This document shows positions 50,784 through 64,000 of a stretch of DNA of 64,000 bases, in pieces. Source of the stretch: Botryllus schlosseri (taxonomy: Eukaryota); contig CM119371.1 in the NCBI GenBank assembly GCA_051294905.1, positions 29,762,001-29,826,000 of the forward strand. Reading direction: 5' to 3'. A program made the translations under genes and the position numbers. Under the pieces are notes generated by a model. The model saw only the letters and a list, made by a program, of their open reading frames with translations. It made no database searches and was not told the DNA's origin. Within the stretch, counting starts at the first letter, position 1; each line of letters begins with the position of its first letter.

Positions 50784-52403
50784 CAGACTTGTACAAACTA
50801 CCCATTTAGTTAGTTGACAGTCAACTAACTAACAGCTTTATGAGTAGTTCTAGTTCTAGTTCGAGTCGCGGATTTTGAAAATTGAGTAGTTGTGGTTATA
50901 GTTATAGTTGCATATTTTGAAAATTCGGTAGTTCTAGTTCTAGTTTCAGTTGCATATTTGAAAAAATATTAGTTGTCGAACAACTAGAAACACGTGTCGT
51001 GGTTTTGAGCAAATTGACATGCCGGTATTCTGTTGAATGATGTTTGTGCAGCCATCGCTCGCTCAGAGCCATCACTGCTAGTTGCGTAGCCAGCTGGTGG
51101 ATTTTTTGGGTAGGAAGTTCTCGCATTTCGAGTTAGAAACCCCGTTCTTTTGAAGTGTCGATTCTATGTCTGATATTTCCGATAGAATAAAAATCAAGAT
51201 GTTGCCTAGAAGAATGAAATTCAGTTCAGTACGGTTCTGAACATTTAATGACTTGGGAACACCTACGTCACAGATAGGCAACCTTTTTTCTGAGAATGAC
51301 AGGCAGGAAATGCGTTGGCGAGTTACGCTAAAAGTTTGCACTATATTCGGCGATGTAATAATTTCTAATAATTTATAAATTGAAAGCATTGATTTACTTG
51401 GTTAACGCAAGCTTCTTGGTGGATATGTTACTATAAGGCAATTAGGATTTTAGAGTTAAAACTAAAAAATAATATTTATCTCTCGTGATTATTCAAAACA
51501 ATGGCAAACAAGAAGCATTGTTACCTCTTTTTAAACGCACCAACCCTCTAGACATGCACGTCCTTCTATTAAGGCAACAAAATATATGGGATGTTACAGA
51601 TGGTCACTATCCCGAATTCGTCTTCTCGCAGCCTCAGCCGAATGACTGTGTGCTTATGTCATATTCCCGACGCAAATTAATCCGTGTTATATCGACTTTA
51701 TTTTGAATTGAGATTACGACAGGGATCGGCTACCCTGGTACGAGTGCCAGAAATGGCCCACAAGATGATTTTTCATGGTACGCTAAATGATTTGATGTGC
51801 ATCATTATAAACATGTTTCTTGCCATAAGTGAAACAACATTTTTCAAATTAGTAAAACCTCGGAAGGGAATCCAAATTATTTCGTAAATCAACAGAAAGT
51901 AGGGTCGTTTGGGACATATTTAATTTTCTTCACAAAATTTTCTGAGCACTTCCCGGGTATAGTCTGTATTTGGCCCGCCCGTAAATTGCCCAGGTCTGCC
52001 CTACGATATTCTACATGCCTTCGGGGAACCCCTAATATTCAATTAGTCACAAAACAAAAGTCTATTATATGTATGTATGCATACCGTATGTGTTCTAATC
52101 TGTAGGACTACCAGTAAAGCTACCTAGGCTGACTTGTACCAACTACCCATTTAGTTAGTTGATAGCCAACTAACTAACCGATTTTGTGTAGTTTTAGTTA
52201 TAGTTCTGGCTGCTGATTTTGAAAATTGATTAGTTGTAGTTGTAGTTGTAGTTCTAGTTGCGGGTTTTGAACATAGACTTTTTCTAGTTCTAGTTCCAAT
52301 TGCGGATTTTGAAAATCGGCTAGTTCTAGTTCTAGTTGCTAGTTTTAAAAATTGAGTAGTTCTAGTTGCACTTTTTGAAAATCTAGTAATTTGTACAAGT
52401 CTG
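50784..52403. mobile_element. hAT MITE with tagttc subterminal repeats
   Basis: TIRs cagacttgtacaaa / tttgtacaagtctg; perfect TSD ataacagt; a second left end at ~52131. Confidence 0.9.
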
Positions 52404-52773
52404 ATAACAGTTGTTGCCGAGAACTATATGAACCATAGTCTCAGGGTTCCCTGGAGATCAGAACACACTCAACTCATATTGATGATTTGCTCTTGGCTAT
52501 CACTATATCATTGGTTTCAGGAAGTAGGCACGATTAGTAGTCGAAATATGACTGTTGTGGTCGTGTGCAGTGGTGTACGAGTGGTGAACGAGATGAAGCT
52601 GCGGTTCGAAATCGAACCACCGTCGTACTGAAATGCCGATTCCGTCTCCAATATACATAAGTGCAGGTGCAATATCACATACATAGCCTACCCGAGAACT
52701 ATACCATACTTGATAGCCAACAATGCCTTCGTGGTTGTCCGGGTAACATCTGGTCGACACGTCAACACTCAAC

Positions 52774-53693
52774 CAGTGTTGGGATCAAGTCACTACCTTC
52801 GAGTCACGAGTCATCTCGAGTCATTGCAGATTTTGACTCGAGTCAAGTCAAGTCAATCGATTTTCAAAGGTGACTCGAGTCAAGTCAAGTCACTCGATTT
52901 TTGGAAGTGACTCGAGTCAAGTCGAGTCAAGTCAAGTCAAGTCACGAGTCAAGTCACAATTCAAGTCAAATTGAATTTCCGAAGTATGAGTGATGATTCA
53001 AAGTCATTACATTTTGCTAGCTGTGTGAAAGACAGCATTTATCTTAATCATATATAGTTAAATATACATGCTAAAAGACGGTGTATCCCTAACGCACGCG
53101 TAGAACTACTAACTGTACAGCTACATACTACAGTCAGTTCTTAACAGCCAAAATATAGGACCTAATACGAAGCTTCGAGAAGTTGAAACAAATTGATATG
53201 GTGCAATAGCCTACACTGCTACCCATCTACACATCCGTGAGAATATAAACGCACACAATATATTCGTTCGATTTAAACCATACAAGAGAATCGGTAAATG
53301 TGAGCACTGCGCAACGTAAGCATTGAGCCGTCTAAGAAACAGAGACACATTGCTATTTAGTTTAATTTTCTACTTTGCGGTCAATTCATTTGTGATCTAA
53401 CATTGGAGGAACCTTGTAACGTACGATCAGTGAATGACTGGTTGCTCTCACAAGTGACACCGGCGTATCTCGAACAATCCGAACATACACAAGACACAGT
53501 GATTTATTCGACACCGCTTACTTAATGACTTGAAATTGACTCGTAAATTTTGCTCCGAGTCACGAGTCAATGCACATTTTTGAAGGTCCGAGTCAAGTCA
53601 AGTCAAGTCATTTTTCCAAAGTGACTCGAGTCAAGTCAAGTCATACGAAAAAGTTGACTCGAGTCTGACTCGAGTCAAGTCATCCCAACACTG
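52774..53693. mobile_element. hAT MITE, same family as 45994-46947
   Basis: TIRs cagtgttgggat / atcccaacactg; perfect TSD cactcaac. Confidence 0.93.
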
Positions 53694-56600
53694 CACTCAA
53701 CAGTTAAGATATCCTGGTATAGTATTAGTAACCGAACGAGAAAGTAATTATTAGGGCTGGGCACAATCATTCGAGTACTCGAATCTAAATCGAGTAAATA
53801 TTTTAAGGATTCAAGTCGGGTAGCGAAAGTTGATTTTTTTGAGTACTGAAATCATGCCCTCCTCGCTACTGAAAGTTATTTTATCAACGAGACTTTGGTT
53901 TCGATACTATTTTCCACTGTGGAAGCATTGGAACCTTGATTGGCCGCATCACAGCATACGAAACATATAGTACAAAGCTACGACCGTTACTGGAAAGCCA
54001 TTACCGAACTCATGATCCACTCACAACATTGTCACAAAGTGCAATGAAATGATGGATAGCAGGTATTATGTTACTTGTGTTGACACAAAAGGTACATATT
54101 TGAACTTTGACATATTGCATTTTGTTGTGACGTCATAATGAGTGATACTCGAACACTCGACTCGAAGCATAATACATAATTCAGAATCAAATCACTCATG
54201 TACTCGATTTTGCTCAACCCCAGTAATGATATGTCTAATTGTCTACATTGGCCGAATTTTAGAAAAACGTAATCAGATTTACCGGTAGAGCGGAGTGAGG
54301 TGTGTTTGAAAAGGTAGAAGCACTCAATAATAATTAAACCTCTTCGGGCGTATACCTGTTGGCGGGAACGAAACAGCACTTCGTCGGGTCCCCAAAGAAA
54401 CTTGGGTCTTGGGCTCTCATAGGGTCATAAACTGACCCCGCAATTTTTGATAATTCATAATAAAATCGGTCAACAAGATCGGGAATTGCATATATATAGC
54501 TATTAATTTATTGTCCTCTCTGCTCGCGTGATCAGATTTAGCGGCGGAAGTGAATGAGGTGTCTTGGAAACCGTCGGGCCCGTAAATAATAATTAAACAT
54601 CTTCGGATGGGTGGACCTGTTAGTATGACTTCGTTACATGATGTTATTTTGTGACCTCCGCTTTATCAAAAAATATAGAATCGCACAAACGTACTAAACT
54701 AAAAGACGCACACGATTTCAAATTAGTATTTCTTCATTGGCATATAATTTTTCCAAGCGGGATGGTATTTGTCTTGTGAGGTTCAGATTGCCAAGAAGGA
54801 ATATTCGGTGCCAGTTATTTAGGAGCTTATGGACATTGGACAATTAAACCGATATGTATCAGCATAAGTGCAGTCCTTCTCGGCCAAGATTTTCTCTCTG
54901 CCGATCGTTCTGGCACACTTCTTGGAATCGCATGTTACATGGCTCAAAATTTTATATCCTTGTGCGTCGTGGCGCGGTAACGCCGATATGCCCTATTCTA
55001 TAAAGGTTGCGTATTTTTTTATTGGGTGAAGAGTTCCCAATAATTAAGATATTTGGCAACTTGAAATCGTGCGGAGCTCGAAAAACTTTTTAAAGATCTG
55101 CATAAATTTTCAAAATATACTCTACAATTTATGCTAATTCACGAAATAAATTTGGGCCCCCTTCGAGCTCGGGCGCCCCCCCCCCCCCAATTGGGGAGTT
55201 TGGGGTGCGTCAGTTATGATCCTGTCCATATGTGGCTATATCGCTCCAAATGTGAGTGGTGCCAAAGTCCGATTTAAGCGAGGTCGACCGTATTTGCAAC
55301 TGTTCTTCGAAATTACAATGAAATGCCGGTCTTGGCCGTCTTATCTTCTCGATTCATATGGCTTGGTTCGAGTCATGCACAATGACTCGAGTTCAAGTAG
55401 AGTCAATACACAGATTGTCTCGAGTCGAGTTGAGTCGTTTCCGAATTTTGAGAAAATGACGAGTCAAGTCGAGTCAGCATAAAATGGTGACTCGAGTCGG
55501 ACTCGAGTCTGGTCAACCATGCTATATATGTAAGTACCAATATTATTGGTCAAATGCATACGCAAACTTGAGAAACAAATCGCAAGACCAGTAAATTTAT
55601 GCATACTGATTTTTCACAGCAGTTATATTAGCGATCGGTGCATGGTAAGCCGAAAACACAAATGGAAGTGTGGGGGTCTGTTCAGTCAAACCTTCCAGAA
55701 TTTGTTTGATTGGGACCAAGACCATTGTTTGTGGAGATCTACAAAGTGTTGTTGCAGCCCTGCTACAAATAAACACTCGGTACCACCCGTCTTATTCTTG
55801 AGTCAACAGGTGTTTGCGCGGTAAAAATGACCTTTTTAATCATCCGGTCGATTTCTCCTAACGGGAGAATCTTGGCTCAAATTTCGGCCAAGGAGGGCAC
55901 GAGATGAAAAAGGTTGGAAACCACTGGTTTAATACATTTATGCGTCCGAATATGTTCAATTATTCATTACGTGGCCTTCATTTTCCCATAAAACAGCTCA
56001 CTCAGCGCTATTGGTAAATCTGATTACGTGGGCTGAGAGGCTAAAAAGTTTATAGTGACATATATATGCAATTAAAACCTATTTCATTCGTGCATTATAG
56101 ACAAATTTTCCCCTAGGGCGACCAGGCCACAAAAACTTTGCTAACCATCGAAATCCCGCGACGGGGTTCTTGGGGGCCAAGCCCTCATGAGTTTGGTTTA
56201 TCACGCTATGGCTTCCAAATACAATCGTTTTATAGGGGGGTGACGAAGAGCGGTTACGGCCCTCCCTCTCATCAATTGTCTTTATTACAGTCCTTACAAT
56301 ATGAGGTGGGAGGCGCTGGAGCACGATAATTTTTGAAAGTGGGCGCTGGAGGAAAAAAGGTTAAGAACCACTAGTGTACATAAATCAAGTAAAAATGACG
56401 TTACGGCCCTTACGGCAGGGGTTAGTACTGTATCTGAAGAAATACGGTACTCTTTTTCCACAACATATGTGTGTTACATAGCAATCCAGTATATACAGTA
56501 ATGTACTAATGGCTTGGTATAGATTTTACGGCTTTTATATAGCAACCGAAAGGAATGATCAGTTGTTTGAGCTGGAAGTGTTAGGGTTTATTTCAAGATC

Positions 56601-57834
56601 AATATATTGTGCAATTATATAATGAATGTAAAGGTATTTCCCATACGCTCTCCACAGGCGGACGAACATTTGCAAGCGATCTTAGAATAACCGAAAACAA
56701 ATTCGAACAAATGTGGACTCCTTGCTCGCTGCTAATCGTAATCTAACATCGGTTGCTATAATTAAAAATGAAAATAGAGCACTCATCATAATCATCACTT
56801 TTCTTCAATACATAGTAAGGAAATATGTCTTTTGTATATATTTGCTGGGTTGGAGAATAACGGTATATTGCATGTCACAGTATCGTAAAACCCTTGGTAA
56901 TCAAGTTGTTTCTGTTTCGATATTGGAGTAATAACTGTTCGATTAGCACGAGGCATGTGGATATTAGTAAATTCCATTATTACAGACTCACATTTGCATG
57001 TTTCCGGTAACGCAAATTTTTACCCCTTCAAGGGTTATTAGAGTATGGGTCGCAAAGGGTATAATTTTGGGTCGACACGGTGCCAGAGCTATCTGCTAAT
57101 ATGTATGTGATATTCATTGAATTTATTGCAAAAAATCCTGCGATCGTTTTTACATGTCCAAGGTCACTGTGTTGGGTACTGTAGCCAACAAGCGAGACAC
57201 GCAGTAAATATGGCTTTATCATGAGAAATCATGATAAGATTTGTCCGACTGTTTTTTTTTTCTGGAAAACATGATCGAAGACCGTTGGGATGAACTAGTG
57301 TAGTGAACGAGTGAGTTCAGACCTATGAGACTCATTCATTTTGAGGCCAACACATTCTCCGTCGGGGCACATGACGACACAAGGTTTTGGCCAACAAACC
57401 GCTGATAAAATGCGGTGCCAAAAACACAAACGGTGACAAAACATCGGTCTAAAATGACCGATGCTGGATGGCCAGATGGATTGGATATGCTCCGTTGTCG
57501 GCACGGAATAGTCCCGTTCTTGCAATCTGAGTAGACATTAGTACAACTGCGATACGCAGAGGAATTTAATTGGGTGTTGTGTAGGATTGTGATGTGCGCG
57601 TTCTGTAAAATCGTAGCATACGACTGTAATATTAAAAATGAATTCCGTTTCATGGGTGAGGCTCGGGTCGCGAGATGCCACAAAAACGCAGGTTTTGGTG
57701 GAAGTCTAAAAGCCGATTTACCGTTATTAAACTGTTATGAATTCTCGCGTTAGATTGAGCAAAAGAGAAGCAGTACCGTGAGTTATTTTCTCTTCTCATG
57801 AACTTGCGAGACAGAAGTTGGAGCAACGTATCAC

Positions 57835-58485
57835 CTTTTTTCCTGAATCTTGCTGGCTACGTGATTAAATCGTTAGGTTGCCTTAAAAACGACGCACACC
57901 AAATTTGATTTCATTCCAACCAATATTCGCGGTTTTCGTAGAGTTTGAAAATTTTGAATTTGCCCAAAAATAAAATAAAAATCAAATTTTTCTGCCAACA
58001 TCATGAAATTGTTGGGCTGTCTTCAAAAACTATGCAAAACAAGTTTGACTCAATTCCAAGCCGTAGAAGCGGAGTTATTCCAGTTATTCGATGAAAATTC
58101 TTGGATTATCCACCGATCAAGGATAATCCCAGAATTATCAAAGAAAAATTGAAATAACTCCGCTTCTACGTTGATAAATCGCGGATTATCCACCAATCAA
58201 GGATGATCCGAGGATTACCATCGAAAAACTCACATAACTCTGCTTCTACTGGTCGAAATTGACTCAAATTTGTTTTGCAACGTCTTTGAAGACAGCTCAA
58301 CATTTTCATGGGGTTGGCGGAAAAATTTGAAAATTGTTTTTTTAAATTTTCCATGATAAATTAAAATTTTTAATTGGATCTGCAGAGTCATATACTTGTT
58401 AGAATTGAATCAAATTTGGTGTGTAGCGTTTTTTAGGGTAACCTGACAATTTAATAAGTGAATGGCTGGAATCCGGGAAAAAAGT
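57835..58485. repeat. Long imperfect inverted repeat (foldback-type MITE)
   Basis: ttaggttgccttaaaaacgacgcacaccaaatttgatt (~57875) versus aatcaaatttggtgtgtagcgttttttagggtaacctg (~58408); inner arms gtcttcaaaa / tttgaagac. Confidence 0.75.
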
Positions 58486-60315
58486 TATTTTTGAACAGCC
58501 CTACTGTACAATTGTATATTGATGTTCTGTACCTACAATAAGCTCTTAGCTCGGGACCTAACAACATATAAACCAGTGTATTTTAAACTTTTATTGCTTC
58601 CACTGCCTCGTTTTAAAAATCGATATGGTCTGGTACATTATATTCTAAGGCTTACTGAAGACGAGCCGGTAGAGACGAAGTTTAGTTGGGCTTTTTGGAT
58701 TTGACTTTGATGTCGAACATATTTCGGGCTTGACTCGCATCGCAGGACCACTCGACTATACTTATCGATCACAAATTTCTATGCACTATTTTTCGGAATC
58801 AATTCACGGCTCGAAGCTATCAGGTTCGCACCCATTGCACCCATCAAGATTGGGGGATTCTATCTCAGCAATTCACAATATGATGACGTTGTATTGGATT
58901 GTTTCGTTACGATGTGCGACTACTAAAGTCAGTGTCATCCTCAGAAAAATAGGTATACTCACAGTAATGTTTTTCGGAAAATTAGAGGGAATATAACGCC
59001 CAACGCGAAAAGTGCTATCCGAGACTGACCTAGACAATTCGAATCAGGTACTGTGTTCGGTAATGTTTCTTAAGCGTATGTGATAATAAACTCATTTGTA
59101 AAAAAAACATAATAAATTAGGAGTGAGTTCCACAACAACTTTAGACTTTTTATCATCCGATCAAACAAAACTGCAGTGATTCTTGTAAAATCTTGAGGAG
59201 GTATGAATTAATAATGAGATATATAGTGGTTACTAGTGTTGAGTTGACTTGTTTTGTGTCTGAAGTGTTCGAGCATGAGGCAACGCAACGTTTTTCCGAA
59301 TATCAACGAAGTCAGAAAACGAATGTACAGGAATATGCCACTGGCAGACGAACATTTGAAAACGATCTTAGAATAATCCACAACAAGGTTAACCCAACAT
59401 GTAGTCCTTGGTAGCTGTTAAGCATAGCCAAACATCAGGTGTGGCTCATAATACAAAATGAAAATCGAGACCTCATCATTTTCATCACGTTTCATCATCA
59501 TATTTAGTAAATATATATGTCGCCGGTGTTGGAGCCAGTCGTTGTGTTCAGCAGTGACGTAGCATCATAGAACCTGTTGCAACTTATTTATATTTAAATA
59601 TTGTAATCCTGCGCCCCGTAGCGCCTGCCAAGTTCGAAAAGTGACCCTTCACTCATTTTGAGTGGATGTCCCCTTAGGTAGGTGTAGCCAGTCGTGCCTT
59701 TAGCAAACTATATTTAAAAATTCGTTATTGTCCTCACACCATTATTTCGAAGAAAATCATCTCTAGCTCAAGAGAAAACCATGCTCAGATCCGTAACTGC
59801 CGCACCCCAAACCCCGCAATTGGGGGGGGGTGAGCTCGACGGAGGCCCAAAATTATTTCGTGAATTATCATATACCATAGAGTATTTTTTTGTAAATTTA
59901 TGCAACTTTTTCAATGTTTCAAATATATTGATTATTGGATACCCTTCCCCCAACAAAATCTACGCATGATTTATATAAATGGGCACTTCAGCGTCGGCCA
60001 ATACCACACCACGACGCACCAATACATATAAAATTATAGGCCATCTAACATGCGACTCCGAGAAGTGTGCCAGAACGATCAGCAGCGAGAAGACCTTGAC
60101 CAAATAGGACTGAATATACTGTATGTTTAATTGTCCACAGGCGCCTGAATGGCTGGCGCCGAATGTTCCTGTCCTGGCGATCTGAGCCCCACAAGACAAA
60201 TGCCGTCCCGCAGGGAACATTATTTGCCAGTAAAGAAATACTAATTTGAAATCGTGTACGCTTTTAGTTCAGTAAGTTTGGACGATTTCAATATCTTTTG
60301 GCATAGCACATAGTA

Positions 60316-60546
60316 TAGGGTTACCATACGTCCGGCGGGTATGAACTTTTTTTTCAGTCAACCAACGGAAAATCTCATAGAAAGTCGGTATTTCGGGATT
60401 TGAGCCGGAAAGTTGACCTTTTTTTAGTCAAACAACCACAAACTTGGGAAAAATTTGCAATTTTTCCGGATTTTACTCCGGTGTTGTAAGTCTGAAAATT
60501 TTGAAAAAGTGTCCTCTTTGGAGATTCCCAAAGTATGGTAACCCTA
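60316..60546. mobile_element. Short MITE
   Basis: TIRs tagggttaccatac / gtatggtaacccta. Confidence 0.75.
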
Positions 60547-61026
60547 GAAGATGGGACGGAATAGCAACATGTAACGAAGTTATTATACCAACGGGTACGC
60601 CCAAAGATGTCTAATTATTACTAAGGGGTCCTACCTTTTCCAACACACCTCACTCAGCTCTACCGGTAAATCTGATTTCGGGTGCAGAGAGAGATAAAAA
60701 TTGATAGCAATATACATGTACATATTGAACGATTCAATCATGAACTACATGAATTTTTCCCGCTTCGCGCGTTTAGGCGGTACACGCTCGCTCGCCGAAA
60801 CGGGCACCGAATGTAGATGATAAGCAGCTGCAAAAAGCGTATAATATGAGGGGGTCTGGTGGGCTAAGTTCGAAGTATCACCCTATGGGGGCCCAAGACC
60901 TACGTTTTGGGGGGGCTGACGAAGTGCTGTTACGGTCCTGACCATACTTTACATAAGGTCTCCACAATTAAATATGGTAAAATGAAGCTGCTACGAACGC
61001 AAACGATTACTACAATACTTGCTTAC

Positions 61027-61117
61027 GCGCAATTCTCGTATCCGTTACAAAACCAAGACGAAGGAATACATGCTGTACCATCCGAACACGCGAACTCGTC
61101 GCGTTTGCATGACGAAC
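61027..61117 (-). CDS. Exon of an LDLa-repeat protein (type B module)
   Basis: Acceptor ttacag, donor gtaagc, 91 nt: (G)SSCKRDEFACSDGTACIPSSWFCNGYENC; paralogue of 41266-41356 with synonymous changes. Confidence 0.88.
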
Positions 61118-61195
61118 CTGTAACGAATTTACCAAATGCTAATGGGATCTGCTGGCTTAGAGCAAACGCATTCGTTCAACTTGAAAAAGTCCTAC

Positions 61196-61347
61196 CGCCA
61201 CAAATATCATCTTTAAACGACACCAGATAAAGCGGTAGCTCGCATATTGAATGGATTCCGTTGCCAGAAACTTTCTGTCGACAAAACGTGGCGTTTGGTG
61301 CGTAATCCTTGCTGCTGAAGTTGCTCTGAATCTCATCGGACCGATCG
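61196..61347 (-). CDS. Exon of an LDLa-repeat protein (type A module)
   Basis: Acceptor attatag, donor gtagga, 152 nt: DRSDEIQSNFSSKDYAPNATFCRQKVSGNGIHSICELPLYLVSFKDDICG; paralogue of 41477-41628. Confidence 0.82.
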
Positions 61348-62420
61348 CTATAATATATATAAGTATGGAACTGTATTCGCTATATTTGAAAGTAGGTGGT
61401 TGTTGTTGATAGTTTTGAAGCCTATTTTCCAAGCGATCAGGCGGAAGTATTAAAACAAAGATGTGAGCTTTGCATCCCTTCGAAGAGTTGTCATGGTTAG
61501 TGGTTACTGTCACTGTTCACTGTCATAAAAGGGCGTGTCTAGAAAAGTTTGAGGACCACTGCTCTAGCGCCATATACTTGCAAGAAAACGGTGGCCTACT
61601 TTACATTTTGGGTTAATTTCAATGTTTAAATCGCTTGCGAATATTAAATATTCCAATCTGAATACAATAAAATCGAATGAAATTCGACCGCACTCGCGTT
61701 ACAGCGTTGTTGCTTACATTTCGCTTGCCGTAACTGCCATTCCATGAGCTACCAGAAGTAGTTTTAAAATGTTAGACTGTGTGACTGTAACAGTTATACG
61801 AATATTAGTTTCAATCTGTTAAACGTGGAAGTCATTCCCGCGCTTATCGGATGATCATCACACAACATCTATTTCTCATAAGCATCATTTTCATTCAGTA
61901 GTTCCGAACGTGGGCGATATCGCCACCGGCGGGCGATTTTGAGAAACAAAGGGGCGACAATATCAAATGGGGCGATTGGGGGGCAACAGGGGGTGAAAAT
62001 GTTAGGGGCGTTAGACCTATAATGTAGCCAATAAGCCACAAATGTCAAATGATAAGTTCACTGACAGTGCAAAATCTACGGTACAAACGAAATGCAGGTT
62101 GCAAAAGTTTTTTGAATTTGTAAACAATATCGACATTTTTGACCTAACGCTACAATTTTGACAGAATTTTAACTTTTTTGGCGCGACCAAAAAAAAGTCG
62201 CCCTACTCACAAGCATCATTCTAATTCAGTAGCTCCCAACGTGGGCGATATCACCCATCAAAGGGCGATTTTGAGAAACAATGGGGCGAAAATACCAAAG
62301 GGAGCGATTAGGGAACGACGGGGTGGGGTGAAAATGTTGAAACATCCAGTGAGATATATTTAATCAACGCGGCCATATAATGCACGTGAAGACGGTTCAT
62401 TCTGCATATGAGGCGGAAGT

Positions 62421-64000
62421 TGACTGTAAGACGGTTTTCCGAGCACCTACTCGGTAAAATGAAGTTTCATTTTCAGTCACTTCACCAGTGATCAGAATTT
62501 AGTGAATAAATTTCCTGTTTATATGCCCCGTTTTTCGGATCCGAAAATAAGAGGGGCGAATATTTGTGTCGAGCTTGATATACGGGGGCGATGAGTCGGA
62601 AAAGGTTGGGAATCACCGTTCTAATTCAAAAACACGCAGCTTGTCACAGAGCGACGTTCCGTCATGCCAACCTCCTACACGCATTGTAGCTTCATTAAAT
62701 CTGAATATCTCGATAAAGTAGCGGACACCCTGATGTTTGCTCGTGAAACTAATGAGGAAGAACCACAGCCACGTATTGGCGGTAGAATCGTACATTTCAT
62801 CCGTTGCCGCACAATCCCTAATGATTATAGCGATACAAAATTCTATTCTAAGATATATCCTAATCCAGGGGTGTCAAACTCAAATTGCGCCGCGGGCCAG
62901 ATTCTACCCTTCAAATCGCCCGCGGCCGGACGGATCAGTCAACTGATTCCAAACCGTTACCTCGTGTCCTTGCTTCTCACTTGAACACTAAGCATATATC
63001 AACAATACACCGATCATATAGGAGGGGTTCTATTCCAACAAGTCGCAACATCTTTATTTGCAAACAATTGTGTTGGCAGAAATACGGTGATTGTCCGTTT
63101 GAATATAGTTAAGAGCCGATAAAACAATAGCGTTAACGACAATGTAAGTTGGCATATTTCAATGCTCTCTTTGCTGTAGTCGTAGTCTGCCATTAGCCCG
63201 CGTATGTGCTGTGAGGAATACATGATATTGAACTTTAAACTTGGTCGTAGGAGTTCGGGTTGTTATCATTAAATCGCCAGTCGCGGTTCTTTTCCGAAGT
63301 CGAGGAATATATAATCGATGGGAAGTGACACAGCAGTGCGACAATAGGTATTTGAATTATATATCTGTGTAACATGCAAATTGCAGATATCGATTCCGCA
63401 TTGGCGTTCTCACTTCAGTGCATAGCTACTACTTGGTCCATTTTTCCATAAAACTCTGAATTCAGTGTCCACTTTTTGCCTTCTCGAAGTAGAGAGAGCA
63501 CAACACCATAGTCGGTTGGTTCTAATGTGGCCTATGAACATTGAACATGCTCGGCATTTTCTGTCTTACGAACATTTCACAAATTAGATTCGATTTATAA
63601 TTAGAGCATATAAACATTTCACAAATTATAGATTAGAATTAGAATTAGAGATTCATTTCACAAATTATATTACAGTGAGATTACTTGCCTTTCGCTCTAA
63701 TTTAGTGAAATCAGACAACTAGAATTATCTAAATGTCCAAGTCTGAGCTCAACACTCCGCGCATAAGAATCCATAACACATCATCACCACAGCCTATACC
63801 TGAGCTGAAAGGGTTCCAAAACACAATTTGTATAAGGGTCACTTCATCAGATATCCCTATACATGAAAGGGTACCATCACCAGAGATTCCATAAGAAGCC
63901 GTGTTAGTTCACCAGCGATGGGGGGTCTAAAAAGGTGGGGTCCCCTACACGGGTTTTCGTGTGAGCTAACCAGAGACCACTTAAGACACAACGCCAACTT
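62421..64000 (+). repeat. Segmental duplication, copy 2 (holds the empty retroelement site; continues past the window end)
   Basis: Single atataggaggg at 63016-63026; the flanks match both sides of the 34187-39360 insert. Confidence 0.95.
62866..64000. mobile_element. hAT non-autonomous element carrying decayed LDLa-gene-like sequence
   Basis: Left TIR caggggtgtcaaac after tcctaatc; right TIR and TSD seen in the paralogue at 40696-40716. Confidence 0.75.

Noticed and set aside
62613..62795. Kelch repeat (MYDSTANTW...VGGWHDG)
   Set aside because: A single short match that runs into repeat sequence; the upstream DCAATDE and C-x12-CPL remnants point to a decayed LDLa module.

Overview
AT-rich eukaryotic genomic DNA, probably from a marine invertebrate; the protein motifs suggest a tunicate, but that is inference. 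Most of the window is nested transposable elements: many non-autonomous hAT elements with 8-bp target-site duplications (TSDs), a Tc1/mariner-type element, a Penelope-like element with a candidate hammerhead ribozyme, a decayed Ty3/Gypsy element, tRNA-derived SINEs and an ~80-bp satellite. The ORF track misses a minus-strand multi-exon gene (or tandem paralogues) encoding LDL-receptor class A (LDLa) repeats. It has five intact, phase-compatible exons at about 61.3, 61.1, 41.5, 41.3 and 27.9 kb, plus many decayed copies of the same modules. The most striking structure is at 34.2-39.4 kb. An I-group LINE fragment inserted with an 11-bp TSD, and its (TAA)n tail now holds six head-to-tail, differently 5'-truncated copies of an R4/Dong-clade retrotransposon, each ending in a new (TAA)n target. 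The empty paralogous site survives at ~63.0 kb inside a segmental duplication. All calls were made by eye; no database searches were run.
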